From the sequence record NC_027364.1: a stretch of 64,000 bases of DNA; one strand, given 5' to 3'. The notes below the pieces were generated by a model that was not told the origin of the DNA, did not search any database, and saw only the letters and a program-made list of their open reading frames with translations. Positions 28,764 through 38,030 of this stretch are shown one piece after another. Both the position numbers and the translations under genes were made by a program. Positions within the stretch are counted from its first letter, which is position 1, and each line of letters opens with the position of its first letter.

Positions 28764-29378
28764 TTATTCATCGTCGTCATCGTCATCTAGATCGATATAG
28801 ATACTATCATCACCATCATCAAAGTACTCCACAATAACTCCTGGAATATTAAGAGCAGTAAACATTGCATCATATTTCTCATCAGATGGAATCAAAACAA
28901 ATTCATCAATGTTTTGGACTTCTGGCATTTTATCTTCGGGGATACCCATATCAACAAGTGACTGAATAATCTTTTCTTTGAATTCTAAAAACTTCTCTTC
29001 AGATTCAAAATCCATAATAAGCTGTGCAACATATCCTTCATCGTTACCGAATGAAATTGACATTTGTGCATCCGTACCGACATAGCACCAAACACGTTTA
29101 CCTGTGTGCTGCTCAATAAAGTTTTGAATCTGTAACACAATGTCATGGCGAGAACTGTTAGCAATGTTGTTAAGATTTTCTACACCAGCATTAATTCCAG
29201 TACTGTCATTTGTTTCTTCAAATTCACCATAATCACCCAATACATACTGTACACCTTCATGATGTAATGCATATGCATAGTCAAGGTCAGCGAGTGAATC
29301 GCACTTTCCACGGATCGGACGTAGGGAAAGACCTAATCGAAGATAACGGAAATATGTATTAGTATTTGTATTTGTCAA
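28764..29378 (-). CDS. acidic hypothetical protein, probable TTG start
   Basis: AAGGAG SD 7 nt before the in-frame TTG at 29378; poly-Asp C-terminus. Confidence 0.7.
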   Translation of the reverse strand: MTNTNTNTYFRYLRLGLSLRPIRGKCDSLADLDYAYALHHEGVQYVLGDYGEFEETNDSTGINAGVENLNNIANSSRHDIVLQIQNFIEQHTGKRVWCYVGTDAQMSISFGNDEGYVAQLIMDFESEEKFLEFKEKIIQSLVDMGIPEDKMPEVQNIDEFVLIPSDEKYDAMFTALNIPGVIVEYFDDGDDSIYIDLDDDDDDE

Positions 29379-29658
29379 CGTAATGCTCCTTAACAATATA
29401 AAAGTAGTTGCTGTTATTGTCAAAAAAGATAACCATCCCTTTATAGACATTTACACCAATTTTGATTTCACATATGTTATTTGATTTACTGGCTTCAGTC
29501 AATAACATTTTGTGCTCTTTACTGAAAGTGTGGAACAGTGGTTTGACATGCCACATTTCGATACCATCCAGTACTGAAAATTTATCACTAAATTTAATCA
29601 TTGATTCTTGTAAAAAATATCCTGTAAGATTTATTTCATCACACATGCAAGTTTCCAA
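29359..29658 (-). CDS. hypothetical protein
   Basis: ORF in the run. Confidence 0.6.
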   Translation of the reverse strand: METCMCDEINLTGYFLQESMIKFSDKFSVLDGIEMWHVKPLFHTFSKEHKMLLTEASKSNNICEIKIGVNVYKGMVIFFDNNSNYFYIVKEHYVDKYKY

Positions 29659-29932
29659 GAAAATTAATCACATCTGCATGTGATAATGTATCATTACCTT
29701 CTAGTACATTAATGATAAACGGCACTTGACGATATAGTTCAGCCAGGAATTGAACCTCATCAGATGTGTAAGAATATCCCATAGGAACAACCTGTGCAGT
29801 CCAGTTTCCTAGAGTTTTGTTAGCAATAATTGCAACTACTGTATTACCTTTGTATTCAACATGGATGGAACGAAATCCTGATTGCTCATTTTGATCCCAA
29901 AGTACTGGATTGGTTTTGAACAGTACTGACAT
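29639..29932 (-). CDS. hypothetical protein
   Basis: 97 aa, GAGGA SD. Confidence 0.7.
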   Translation of the reverse strand: MSVLFKTNPVLWDQNEQSGFRSIHVEYKGNTVVAIIANKTLGNWTAQVVPMGYSYTSDEVQFLAELYRQVPFIINVLEGNDTLSHADVINFLGNLHV

Positions 29933-29934
29933 AA

Positions 29935-30468
29935 TTATTTCCTCATGTATTTTATAACGTCTTCAAATAATTGTATTTTTAAGTCCTCGTCATTTCCAGG
30001 TAAAAACTCACGAAAACTATCAAAATCTTCATTTTTTGCGAAGTTACGCATTTGTGTTGAGCTATATTGACTTACATTACGGTCAATACCTGCTTGAATT
30101 GCTTTTATACTACAAAAATTATACAACTTACCATTGTACATGTCAAGAGTTTTTTGAAAAGAATCAATACGGTCAGAACCACATATGAAAAGAACATCTA
30201 AGTACTTTCCATCCAGTTCTCTCATTATATCAAATAGATTGTCTTCTGTGTAGATGTTCTCTTGTACTGAAGGATAGAATCCCTCTGTATAATACATTTT
30301 TAGTTCAGGTGGGAGTGGGTTTTTTATATTGTCAGTACTGGTGCTTAGATATATTTTTAAATCAGCATTGTACTGTTCTTGTAATGTTTTGGCCTTTTCA
30401 AAAACTAAACCATGACCATTGTGGACTGGGTTACATCTCATAAATGATAATACGCATGTTTCTTTCAT
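29935..30468 (-). CDS. HxGH nucleotidyltransferase (cytidylyltransferase-like)
   Basis: RCNPVHNGH, NPL, GSDR, SSTQMR motifs. Confidence 0.85.
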   Translation of the reverse strand: MKETCVLSFMRCNPVHNGHGLVFEKAKTLQEQYNADLKIYLSTSTDNIKNPLPPELKMYYTEGFYPSVQENIYTEDNLFDIMRELDGKYLDVLFICGSDRIDSFQKTLDMYNGKLYNFCSIKAIQAGIDRNVSQYSSTQMRNFAKNEDFDSFREFLPGNDEDLKIQLFEDVIKYMRK

Positions 30469-30986
30469 AAATTCTTCATCACCAACCCAAGAGATTTAAG
30501 ATAATTGATTTTAGCAGTGGTTAAGTACTTATCCAGTACTATCAGACACGAAGGAAATGGTGCTGAATCTGTTTTCTTATCGGGTTCTTCTGGTATACCA
30601 AATCTCAATCTTCCCTTAATAAAACAAATACAATCACATATTTTAGCAGCATAATCCTGAAAAGCAATTGTATCGGTTCTTGAGGGTACAAGAATAACTA
30701 CAGTTGCCCCGTTATTATATGCATCTACTGCTTTAGATAACCAAGTTTTCAAGTCACTATATGGTGGATTCAACCAAACTATATTATTTCCCCAATCCTG
30801 TGACAGTGAATCATCTTCTGGAGTGAAAAAATTATCACACAATGCAGTTTCTTTGACACATGCTGCATCTAGTGTAAATTCCCAGAGTTCATCCAAATCT
30901 TCAAAGAAATCCTTTGGAGTTGTCCAGTTATCTTTTCCAGTACTAAAATGTACTGAATGTTTTTTCGAAGCATCCTTCTTCGACAT
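30465..30986 (-). CDS. phage N6-adenine DNA methyltransferase (Dam-like phage family)
   Basis: WTTP, FTLDAAC, LSQDW, VWLNPPY, LVPSRTDT, FIKGRLRF, SAPFPS. Confidence 0.92.
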   Translation of the reverse strand: MSKKDASKKHSVHFSTGKDNWTTPKDFFEDLDELWEFTLDAACVKETALCDNFFTPEDDSLSQDWGNNIVWLNPPYSDLKTWLSKAVDAYNNGATVVILVPSRTDTIAFQDYAAKICDCICFIKGRLRFGIPEEPDKKTDSAPFPSCLIVLDKYLTTAKINYLKSLGLVMKNL

Positions 30987-31002
30987 TATATAATTCCTTT
31001 TG

Positions 31003-31548
31003 TTAGAGACAGTTGTGTACTATCTTATCAAAAGTACTACTGTCAATGTTATATTCATATAAAAATTTAAAATGTGAACCGTAACGCATCATCAGATTAA
31101 ACTCTTCTTCAGTATTGAACTTGTAATCGTGAATAGTCTCAGGGGTACATTTTAAACCTAAGAACTCTATAATTTCAGATGTTACATCATATCCTGAATT
31201 GAAGTATTTAACCCAAACACATTTTCCTTGTGGGTTGTATTTTCTATATTCTCCTTCTAGTTCTCCTTTAATAATATGAGCCTTAACACTTATTGAATTA
31301 TTACTATATCTTTCTTCAAAATAATTACCATACTGGGCTTTTGATATTGTTGGTTTTTGAGTAGGAAGTAATTTAACTGAAGTTACTTCAATGCCATTTT
31401 GCAATTCCTTTATATAAGAAATGCATCCTTTTTCTTTAATAACCACATATCCAGTAAAGATATCTTCGTCTTGTGATTGATTAATGCAATCATCAAAATT
31501 CAAAGTTTTATAAGTAACAGTTTTTTCTTTTCTAATAAATGCCATCAT
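31003..31548 (-). CDS. MORN-like repeat protein with a C-terminal FQ-box-like motif
   Basis: GELEGEYRKYNPQGKCVWVKYFNSG; FNTEEEFNLMM; start re-set to the AGGA-preceded MMAF. Confidence 0.7.
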   Translation of the reverse strand: MMAFIRKEKTVTYKTLNFDDCINQSQDEDIFTGYVVIKEKGCISYIKELQNGIEVTSVKLLPTQKPTISKAQYGNYFEERYSNNSISVKAHIIKGELEGEYRKYNPQGKCVWVKYFNSGYDVTSEIIEFLGLKCTPETIHDYKFNTEEEFNLMMRYGSHFKFLYEYNIDSSTFDKIVHNCL

Positions 31549-31654
31549 TATTCCTATGGAAACATCAATGAATATACGTGACGTTGATTGCATCAACATC
31601 AGTAGAATTACCATGCTACGCATGTCTAATTCTACAAGTACTATTTTCTTTTAA

Positions 31655-32190
31655 TTAATATTGACGGGGTTTGCTTGAGCATATTTCATCCCCCCGCAGG
31701 GGAAAGAACAAAAAAGTTTGACGCTGGTGGCCTTCACATAGTTCATATCACGAATTCTCTTACGAGACGAAAGCGGGTTGCTCTGTTTCTCTCTATCGCG
31801 GTTCTTGTAGCAACGGTCGTCGGTCTTAAACATCCCGACACATAATACAAATACCATATGACCAGTACTTGTATTTGATTTCACAAAATTTGGACGCAAC
31901 TATATTGTATAATTCCGACCGCATATTTCTTATGAAATCTCCCTTAGATAATTGGTAAGGTGCGATCCTTATATGTCTATCGAGGAACTCTCTTTATCCT
32001 ATTGGAGTTCTTTATACAGCCGCATTGCCGTGAGTGGTTCAAACTATGCCATCATCTAACGGGTTTCATTTGCTGTTCGTACTGAAAGGACTACTCATCT
32101 ACCCTCTACTTTTCGAGTGGATTAGGCTTCAATCATTTCCATATGGAACCTTTCAGGATTAAAAAAAGGTGACAACATATTCTGCTGTCA
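31655..32190 (-). ncRNA. candidate large structured non-coding RNA (~530 nt), family unassigned
   Basis: 670-bp gap in a gene-dense genome, GC-richer, at least seven helices; GNRA loop and several GU pairs favour the minus strand; extended -10 at 32197-32205. Confidence 0.5.
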
Positions 32191-32193
32191 CCT
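32161..32193 (-). terminator. intrinsic terminator overlapping a predicted transcription start
   Basis: GGTGACAGCA-GAATA-TGTTGTCACC-T7. Confidence 0.8.
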
Positions 32194-32196
32194 TAC

Positions 32197-32205
32197 ATTA
32201 TATCA
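32197..32205 (-). promoter_or_regulatory. extended -10 promoter element
   Basis: TGATATAAT. Confidence 0.55.
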
Positions 32206-32222
32206 TAAACTTATGGTATGTC

Positions 32223-33080
32223 TCAGTTGTATTCTGTTTTTTCAGTGAAATTAGTTAAGATATCTGCACTTAAGCTTCTCATAACCTCAATCTTACTTGG
32301 CATGAATCTGTGCTTGTTTTTTACATACAACTCGTCATCTTCAATGAAAGATGTGAACATGAATACCATATCTTCACGTGGGATTGAGAGAATATTACAG
32401 TTTTCATTTTCAGCAACAGGGGAATCATTGTAGTACTTAGAGAATGCAGTACTTTGACGACCGATTATGATAGAATTTCGGATTAGAAAATTACTACAGT
32501 ACTGAAAATCTTTGTAGTACTTGTCAAGGATATATGGCATTAACGCTTCTTTCACTTCTTCATATCCATTGGTACTATCAATTTCAGTACAATAATCTTC
32601 TCGGTCTTTTTTCCCTCGATGATTATCAAACTCGTACTCAAAGAATAAATTTTCATTTAATGAATCATTTAAACCAACTGAACCACTACTGTATGAATTT
32701 CGTGAATTTCTATCCTTCATTCGATCATCTGGGCATGATGCATACATAGAAATGTCATGTGTTGACGTACCGATATAAATTTTCTTAGTAATGTGATTGT
32801 ACGCGATGTAATCATAATCTTGTACTCCAGTGAGCATTAACTGGAACATCAATTCATCAGGAACATCAATTAACGGATACTCAAACTTCGAATATCTACT
32901 ACGACAGAAATTCTTTTCAAATGCTCGATATGCGATGAAATCTTTTAGGTTTGTAATAGATTCATGCTCATGTGTACTACTTCTGCGTACATTGACATTA
33001 GTAGACGAGCAATACCCTTCAGATTCTTCTGCGTAGTCATAATAACCCTTATTGTAGTCAACGATTAGATAAAGTTTCAT
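32223..33080 (-). CDS. hypothetical protein with an internal FQ-box
   Basis: 285 aa, GGAG SD; VPDELMFQLML near residues 73-83. Confidence 0.8.
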   Translation of the reverse strand: MKLYLIVDYNKGYYDYAEESEGYCSSTNVNVRRSSTHEHESITNLKDFIAYRAFEKNFCRSRYSKFEYPLIDVPDELMFQLMLTGVQDYDYIAYNHITKKIYIGTSTHDISMYASCPDDRMKDRNSRNSYSSGSVGLNDSLNENLFFEYEFDNHRGKKDREDYCTEIDSTNGYEEVKEALMPYILDKYYKDFQYCSNFLIRNSIIIGRQSTAFSKYYNDSPVAENENCNILSIPREDMVFMFTSFIEDDELYVKNKHRFMPSKIEVMRSLSADILTNFTEKTEYN

Positions 33081-33092
33081 ACATCTCCAGAC

Positions 33093-33124
33093 AAAAAAAG
33101 GACGAGATATTATATCCCGTCCTT
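33093..33124 (-). terminator. intrinsic terminator
   Basis: AAGGACGGGATAT-A-ATATCTCGTCC-T7. Confidence 0.85.
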
Positions 33125-33131
33125 TGGTTTA

Positions 33132-33437
33132 TTAGTGGCTTGCCCAGCAGTAAACAGGACGTAGATTTTCCATTGGGTTTACTTCAGGCTTCAGTACTGT
33201 TACACGTACTTCATATGGAGTTCCATCTGCATGATGGAATGTTTCATAATGAATACTTTCAATAAATGTTTCGTATTCTTCTTGTGAACGTGAACGTACT
33301 GCTGATGAATATTTCTTCTTAGAATCTGCTTTAAGTGTAACACTGACTAGTTCGGATTCCTCACCTTCTTCAAGTTTGTTGAAATCGAACTCTGGTACAC
33401 CTTCAAACATATCAAATTTCATTCCATTGTCTTCCAT
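33132..33437 (-). CDS. acidic hypothetical protein
   Basis: 101 aa, AAGGA SD. Confidence 0.75.
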   Translation of the reverse strand: MEDNGMKFDMFEGVPEFDFNKLEEGEESELVSVTLKADSKKKYSSAVRSRSQEEYETFIESIHYETFHHADGTPYEVRVTVLKPEVNPMENLRPVYCWASH

Positions 33438-33486
33438 TTTTAAATTCCTTTTATATAATGTTAATTAGATATTTTTAATAAGCAGA

Positions 33487-33873
33487 TTAGATTGTGTCAT
33501 ACTGTAGTGTTCCGTGACGGAATTTTTCAAGTCGTGCTAGGACTTCTTTTCGTTCGACAATTTCTGGAACATCTTCTTGTAGTTGATCACAAACTTCAAC
33601 AATGAAGTCCCAATCACTCTCACAACTTTGTCGTACCGCCTCAATTGTTTTCCAATCAGTACTGATATCACCATCAGCATTTTGATATACAGGCCAAACT
33701 TTTCCATAATCAGCAATGGATTTGTCATTTAGAATACGAATGGCATTGAAAATCTGACCAGTACTGAAGTGTTTTGTATTCTTCATATCTTCTAAACAGC
33801 ATAGCTTTGGCTCACCTTTTACTTCAATGAGTAAAACACCACCAATTGCTTTTAGGATTGAACTTGTATTCAT
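33487..33873 (-). CDS. hypothetical protein
   Basis: 128 aa, GGAG SD. Confidence 0.75.
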   Translation of the reverse strand: MNTSSILKAIGGVLLIEVKGEPKLCCLEDMKNTKHFSTGQIFNAIRILNDKSIADYGKVWPVYQNADGDISTDWKTIEAVRQSCESDWDFIVEVCDQLQEDVPEIVERKEVLARLEKFRHGTLQYDTI

Positions 33874-33889
33874 CTATATCTCCGTTATC

Positions 33890-33936
33890 AAAAAAAGATG
33901 TGAACATTATATCACAAGAATCTAATATGTTCACAT
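33890..33936 (-). terminator. terminator with an extended -10 promoter in its 3' arm
   Basis: ATGTGAACAT...ATGTTCACAT-C-T7 containing TGTGATATAAT. Confidence 0.7.
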
Positions 33937-33944
33937 TATTTTCA

Positions 33945-34238
33945 TTAGATTTTAATAATATTGTACCAGTTATCAAAATCCTCGATTGCTAGAATGAACA
34001 TATTTTCATCATTGAAATCTAAAATATGTTCATTGTATAGGTAACTAATGTACTTGTTTTTGCATAGTCTAGCATTCATTAGTAACATTTCTACTGCACG
34101 TTCATAAGAACAAGGAACAAGGTATAACTTAGTACCATCTTGGTGAATAATTTCCTCAGCACCATGTGGTATAAAACGTTCTGCTGTATGTGGAATATAC
34201 GGCTTAGTTTTAAAAATAATTTTGAATTTAGTATCCAT
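33945..34238 (-). CDS. hypothetical protein
   Basis: 97 aa, GGAGG SD. Confidence 0.7.
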   Translation of the reverse strand: MDTKFKIIFKTKPYIPHTAERFIPHGAEEIIHQDGTKLYLVPCSYERAVEMLLMNARLCKNKYISYLYNEHILDFNDENMFILAIEDFDNWYNIIKI

Positions 34239-34254
34239 ACCAAATCCTCCAGAT

Positions 34255-35109
34255 TTATAATGTTTCTTTTATGTTATGTAACATAGTATTAACTATGCAC
34301 ATCTTACCACCTAACTTGTAGTAATATTCTAACTTATTAATAATATTACTTTTTAATATATCAAATATTTGATATTCATTTGGATCGAAACTAAGTTCGA
34401 ATTGGAATGTATATAAATTGTTAAAGAGGTGAACTAATGATGCATCTGGTGATTCCATTGTAACTGTATATTTTTCACGATAACCAGTACTAATCACTAC
34501 TTCGGATATATCACCTTTCATGTATATATCAATATTGTACATCATTGGTCTGCCTGTGGCAATATCTTTCATGCGAAAGAATGCAGTGCTACGATATACA
34601 ATGCCTTCTGAAACCTGTTCTTGTATAGTGATATTTGAAACTTCACTCTCTTGGAATTTGGACTCGAATGAATGAGTGTAATTTGTTTTTTCATTATCCG
34701 TGTGCATAGTACATGTGTATTTTCCAAAATCATCTCTAGATGTATATGATTTATCACTGCTAGTTTTATAGAACGAAACACCATTGATATGTTGTTCTTT
34801 ATACATCATCGTGTCATGGGATTTGTAGTATGAACAATTAGGTGTTGCAAGAGATTCAAACTTGTTCACATCATGACAGTAAGAAATAGAAGAATCGCTA
34901 TACATTACTACATCACGAATTGCAACTTCTTTTGTAATACCTTTTTTGACGGAAATTTGAAAGTCATTGTATGGGAAGATTGTATATCCATCGTATGCAT
35001 CTGATGTACTGATACCAAATGGTGTAGTAGAATTCAGAAATTCGTTGATATGTTCAAGTACTGAATACTTTTTAAAATTAAGAAAATCTGAAATGTCTAA
35101 CATATACAA
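34255..35109 (-). CDS. hypothetical beta-rich protein
   Basis: 284 aa, GAGGA SD. Confidence 0.8.
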   Translation of the reverse strand: MYMLDISDFLNFKKYSVLEHINEFLNSTTPFGISTSDAYDGYTIFPYNDFQISVKKGITKEVAIRDVVMYSDSSISYCHDVNKFESLATPNCSYYKSHDTMMYKEQHINGVSFYKTSSDKSYTSRDDFGKYTCTMHTDNEKTNYTHSFESKFQESEVSNITIQEQVSEGIVYRSTAFFRMKDIATGRPMMYNIDIYMKGDISEVVISTGYREKYTVTMESPDASLVHLFNNLYTFQFELSFDPNEYQIFDILKSNIINKLEYYYKLGGKMCIVNTMLHNIKETL

Positions 35110-35126
35110 TCCTCATAAATTTAGAC

Positions 35127-35155
35127 AAAAAATTAGTCGAGAATAAATCTCGACT
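35127..35155 (-). terminator. intrinsic terminator
   Basis: AGTCGAGA-TTTAT-TCTCGACT-AA-T6. Confidence 0.75.
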
Positions 35156-35264
35156 TGTGTTTTACTTTACCATTTTTCATTTCTTTTTTACGATCCACAT
35201 GTGTCTGAGGTTTATTAAACTCATTCATGTGTTTCTGTACGAAATTGTTAACTTTCTTCGACAT
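35133..35264 (-). CDS. 43-aa basic protein missed by the ORF track
   Basis: MSKKVNNFVQKHMNEFNKPQTHVDRKKEMKNGKVKHKSRFILD*, GGAG SD. Confidence 0.65.
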   Translation of the reverse strand: MSKKVNNFVQKHMNEFNKPQTHVDRKKEMKNGKVKHKSRFILD

Positions 35265-35266
35265 AA

Positions 35267-35740
35267 TTACTCCAAACTAGGATCTTTAACTGTTAGACTT
35301 TCTATGTCACTCGCATAAAGAACTACATTGGATTGATTTTCAGATACTTTAAAGTCGTGATAACTGTCTTTTACGATAAAATTATCTAATATAAACCCTT
35401 TACTACAGCACATCATAATTTTATCATCTTTGATTGTGTAGGTGTTTTTCTTTTTACGTACTTCAGATTGTGGCGTAATACTATCGTTATTACGAATAAC
35501 ACAATCAATATATTGTTCATTTGTACTCATAGGCATACCCATGATAAACGAGTTTTCAGTACTGATTGTTAGTATAAAAACGTTAGTATTTGGGTTGTGA
35601 AAAAAATCATGCATTGTCTTGCTACACAAAAATAGACATTGAATAATGTCCTTCACATTAAACATTATATCATGAACTTTGAATGCGTCCAACTCTAAAA
35701 TGTCATCAATTTTCCCATTTTCAACAGTTTTAATCTCCAT
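35267..35740 (-). CDS. hypothetical protein
   Basis: 157 aa, AAGGA SD. Confidence 0.75.
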   Translation of the reverse strand: MEIKTVENGKIDDILELDAFKVHDIMFNVKDIIQCLFLCSKTMHDFFHNPNTNVFILTISTENSFIMGMPMSTNEQYIDCVIRNNDSITPQSEVRKKKNTYTIKDDKIMMCCSKGFILDNFIVKDSYHDFKVSENQSNVVLYASDIESLTVKDPSLE

Positions 35741-35782
35741 GATCTATCCTTGATCTTCTAATGCACTCCATGTGCGTTTTTA

Positions 35783-36280
35783 TTAAGTCACTGCATTATA
35801 CTTCTCTATAGCATTAGTAATATTTAATATAGCTTCAGGAACCATTTCTTTATTGTATTCACGTTTTAAATTTTCCATTTTCTTAATAATTTCCAAGAAA
35901 AATGGCAAAATACATGAAGTATCTGTAAAATTACATGAGTACAAAGTACTCATTTGAAATAATTCACCTGAATCAATATTAAGAGTATTGTATTCCTTAA
36001 CAATGTTTTCGTTTGAATTGAAAATGTGAAATACTGTTCCCATGTGATGAAGATATACACCATTCTCATTTTGAATATTGCATGGTGTGATTACAATAGC
36101 AGTGTTGTCAATATTATTTACTATTGATAAACGCAGACTATGTAAACCAAAAATAACAGTGCAATCACTTGAACTGCTTTGAATTTGGTCAGCAGTTTGT
36201 GTAACACTTGTAATATTTTCTCCATCAAGACAACTCTTGATTTTATCAAATGAATTTTTCATTGATTTAGTTAGATACAT
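35783..36280 (-). CDS. FQ-box family protein
   Basis: DSGELFQMSTLY. Confidence 0.75.
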   Translation of the reverse strand: MYLTKSMKNSFDKIKSCLDGENITSVTQTADQIQSSSSDCTVIFGLHSLRLSIVNNIDNTAIVITPCNIQNENGVYLHHMGTVFHIFNSNENIVKEYNTLNIDSGELFQMSTLYSCNFTDTSCILPFFLEIIKKMENLKREYNKEMVPEAILNITNAIEKYNAVT

Positions 36281-36684
36281 TTATGAACACCTTCGAAATA
36301 TTTGATTAATGATTTTATCATATCGCTACTAATGCCATGTAAGTCAACACCTAAACACTCGTATTGAAAAAAATCAATATCCTCCAGCGTGTTTAGATCA
36401 ATTTCCACCTTATCATGACCCAACGAATTCATAATAACACTGCTATCATTAATTGTCAAGAAAGTTTTATTACTTGAACCTAAAAAGATTTTAACATGTT
36501 TATTTGGCATTGCATCATAAGACAACGATTGTGAACCATAAATGTATGTACCTTCCATCGAACCAGTATCTATAAAGTATAGACGAATCCCTTTATGGTA
36601 TTTTGACTCCTTAGTGATCGCCTCTATTAGTTCATCTGTGGTTGTTAACCTTGTTTCTTTCTTCTCTAAATTGCTCAAATGCAT
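36271..36684 (-). CDS. FQ-box family protein
   Basis: LEDIDFFQYECL. Confidence 0.75.
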   Translation of the reverse strand: MHLSNLEKKETRLTTTDELIEAITKESKYHKGIRLYFIDTGSMEGTYIYGSQSLSYDAMPNKHVKIFLGSSNKTFLTINDSSVIMNSLGHDKVEIDLNTLEDIDFFQYECLGVDLHGISSDMIKSLIKYFEGVHKCI

Positions 36685-37105
36685 AAAATAATACCTTGAT
36701 CATTTGTAATGTTTCTGACATTACATCAGCAGAAAATTGAACATCAGTGTATTTTACCATAGTACTTTGAGTAAAGAAAGTAGCTTCAATATCTTCAAGG
36801 TCAAATGGCTCATCAAATAAATTAGTACTGAACATATCAGTTTTTTTCTTATAAGTCAACATAAACTTAGCACTGTATCTCAGTACTATTTCATCTTTAC
36901 TTACTAAAATTCGTGCAATGTTCTGTCTTCCAAGCGTCGTAATGTTAACATTAAATGTATTTTTACGTGTCTCGATAATATCAACAAAATATCCATCACC
37001 CTGATAAACATTGTGGTGAACTTCTAAACCTTGTTGTACTGTATTAAACAATGCATCTTGAATAAAATAATTTGCAGTGTCGATGTTTCCTAAAATATCT
37101 AACAT
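36632..37105 (-). CDS. FQ-box family protein (variant)
   Basis: DIEATFFTQSTMV. Confidence 0.7.
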   Translation of the reverse strand: MLDILGNIDTANYFIQDALFNTVQQGLEVHHNVYQGDGYFVDIIETRKNTFNVNITTLGRQNIARILVSKDEIVLRYSAKFMLTYKKKTDMFSTNLFDEPFDLEDIEATFFTQSTMVKYTDVQFSADVMSETLQMIKVLFYAFEQFREERNKVNNHR

Positions 37106-37617
37106 AACTTCTCCTTTATAGCTGTCATATTTAGAAGAAATTCAGTAAGCAATTCCTCCGTAACATGCTCTGTATACCAGAATATCACAATATCTTTTGA
37201 AAGTCGTGTATTCATAAAAATATCTACTAACTCTTTGTAGTACTCTAAATCATTAAGATCTTTTAAAATCAATGAGTACTGAAAGAGTAATTCTTCAGTT
37301 AGATTAAATTCTGGGTAGAGTAAATCATTAAATTCATGTGACGCTGTTTGAACTTTAATTTCTTTGAAATCATTTGTTATTCCTCCACATGTTCCATATA
37401 AAGCTGCATAGTCCATGAATCTGGCTTTGGGGTTCAAGTCAAGAACCGTTTCCCCTTTATAGGATAAACGATGGAACGCAGAGAACTTGGTTAATTCCCA
37501 CGGTTGCTTAATGCCTAATTCAAGTATATCAACCCCACTGTACAAAATATCAGTGAATATCTCACCAATCCTCAATAATAATTTAGTACGTGCTAGTACT
37601 GTCATAGGTTCAATCAT
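37099..37617 (-). CDS. FQ-box family protein
   Basis: LTEELLFQYSLI. Confidence 0.75.
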   Translation of the reverse strand: MIEPMTVLARTKLLLRIGEIFTDILYSGVDILELGIKQPWELTKFSAFHRLSYKGETVLDLNPKARFMDYAALYGTCGGITNDFKEIKVQTASHEFNDLLYPEFNLTEELLFQYSLILKDLNDLEYYKELVDIFMNTRLSKDIVIFWYTEHVTEELLTEFLLNMTAIKEKLC

Positions 37618-38030
37618 TATACACCTTCATATTCATCAAGGAAATCTTCGATGATCATTTCAGCTTCATCCATATGCATCGCATCAACTTCAATAATACG
37701 AATTTTAGATGTATCCCAAATCATAAAGCTAGGAACATTGTCTGGCTCGTAATCATTTTTGTACTGAACAGCATCATAACCTTGAGCCGTGCAATTCTCA
37801 ATAAGTGAACGCCACTCATCATCACTGCCTAAATCTTCACACAGAAGCACGTTATCAACATCAACTTCTAAGGTATGCAAGTATACTGTACATGCGTCAA
37901 CAACGTTTAGTGGGCTTCTCAGCTTGCGTAATGCAGCTTCCAAAGCACTGTGTTTGCCTCCCATATGAAGTCCACCATACGGGATATAAAAGTTATCAAT
38001 TTTTACAGTACTCGCATGATACAGTTTCAT
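37617..38030 (-). CDS. ADP-ribosyltransferase-fold protein (ART-PolyVal-like)
   Basis: LYHAST, GLHMG, A...A, GYDAVQYKN..E, SFMIWD..IRI match the H-type ART core. Confidence 0.6.
   Translation of the reverse strand: MKLYHASTVKIDNFYIPYGGLHMGGKHSALEAALRKLRSPLNVVDACTVYLHTLEVDVDNVLLCEDLGSDDEWRSLIENCTAQGYDAVQYKNDYEPDNVPSFMIWDTSKIRIIEVDAMHMDEAEMIIEDFLDEYEGV

Noticed and set aside
29935-30468. NAD reconstitution (NARP-type) pathway assignment for the HxGH protein
   Set aside because: No Nampt, Adps or Namat neighbour is recognisable; the motif only supports a generic nucleotidyltransferase.
31651-31899. 82-aa minus-strand ORF within the structured region
   Set aside because: TTG start with no SD, atypical composition, and it overlaps the helix-dense segment; non-coding is more plausible but not proven.
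31655-32190. tmRNA, RNase P RNA, or group I/II intron identity for the structured region
   Set aside because: No GGGGC...CCA tRNA-like ends or tag frame; no GAGGAAAGUCC P4 motif (only a loose AAACAGAGCAACCCGC resemblance); no P7 or domain V motif; flanking genes are complete and not split.
33109-33114. TATAAT inside the 33093-33124 terminator as a promoter
   Set aside because: No TG extension and no -35; it is likely a by-product of the GATAT-A-ATATC palindrome.
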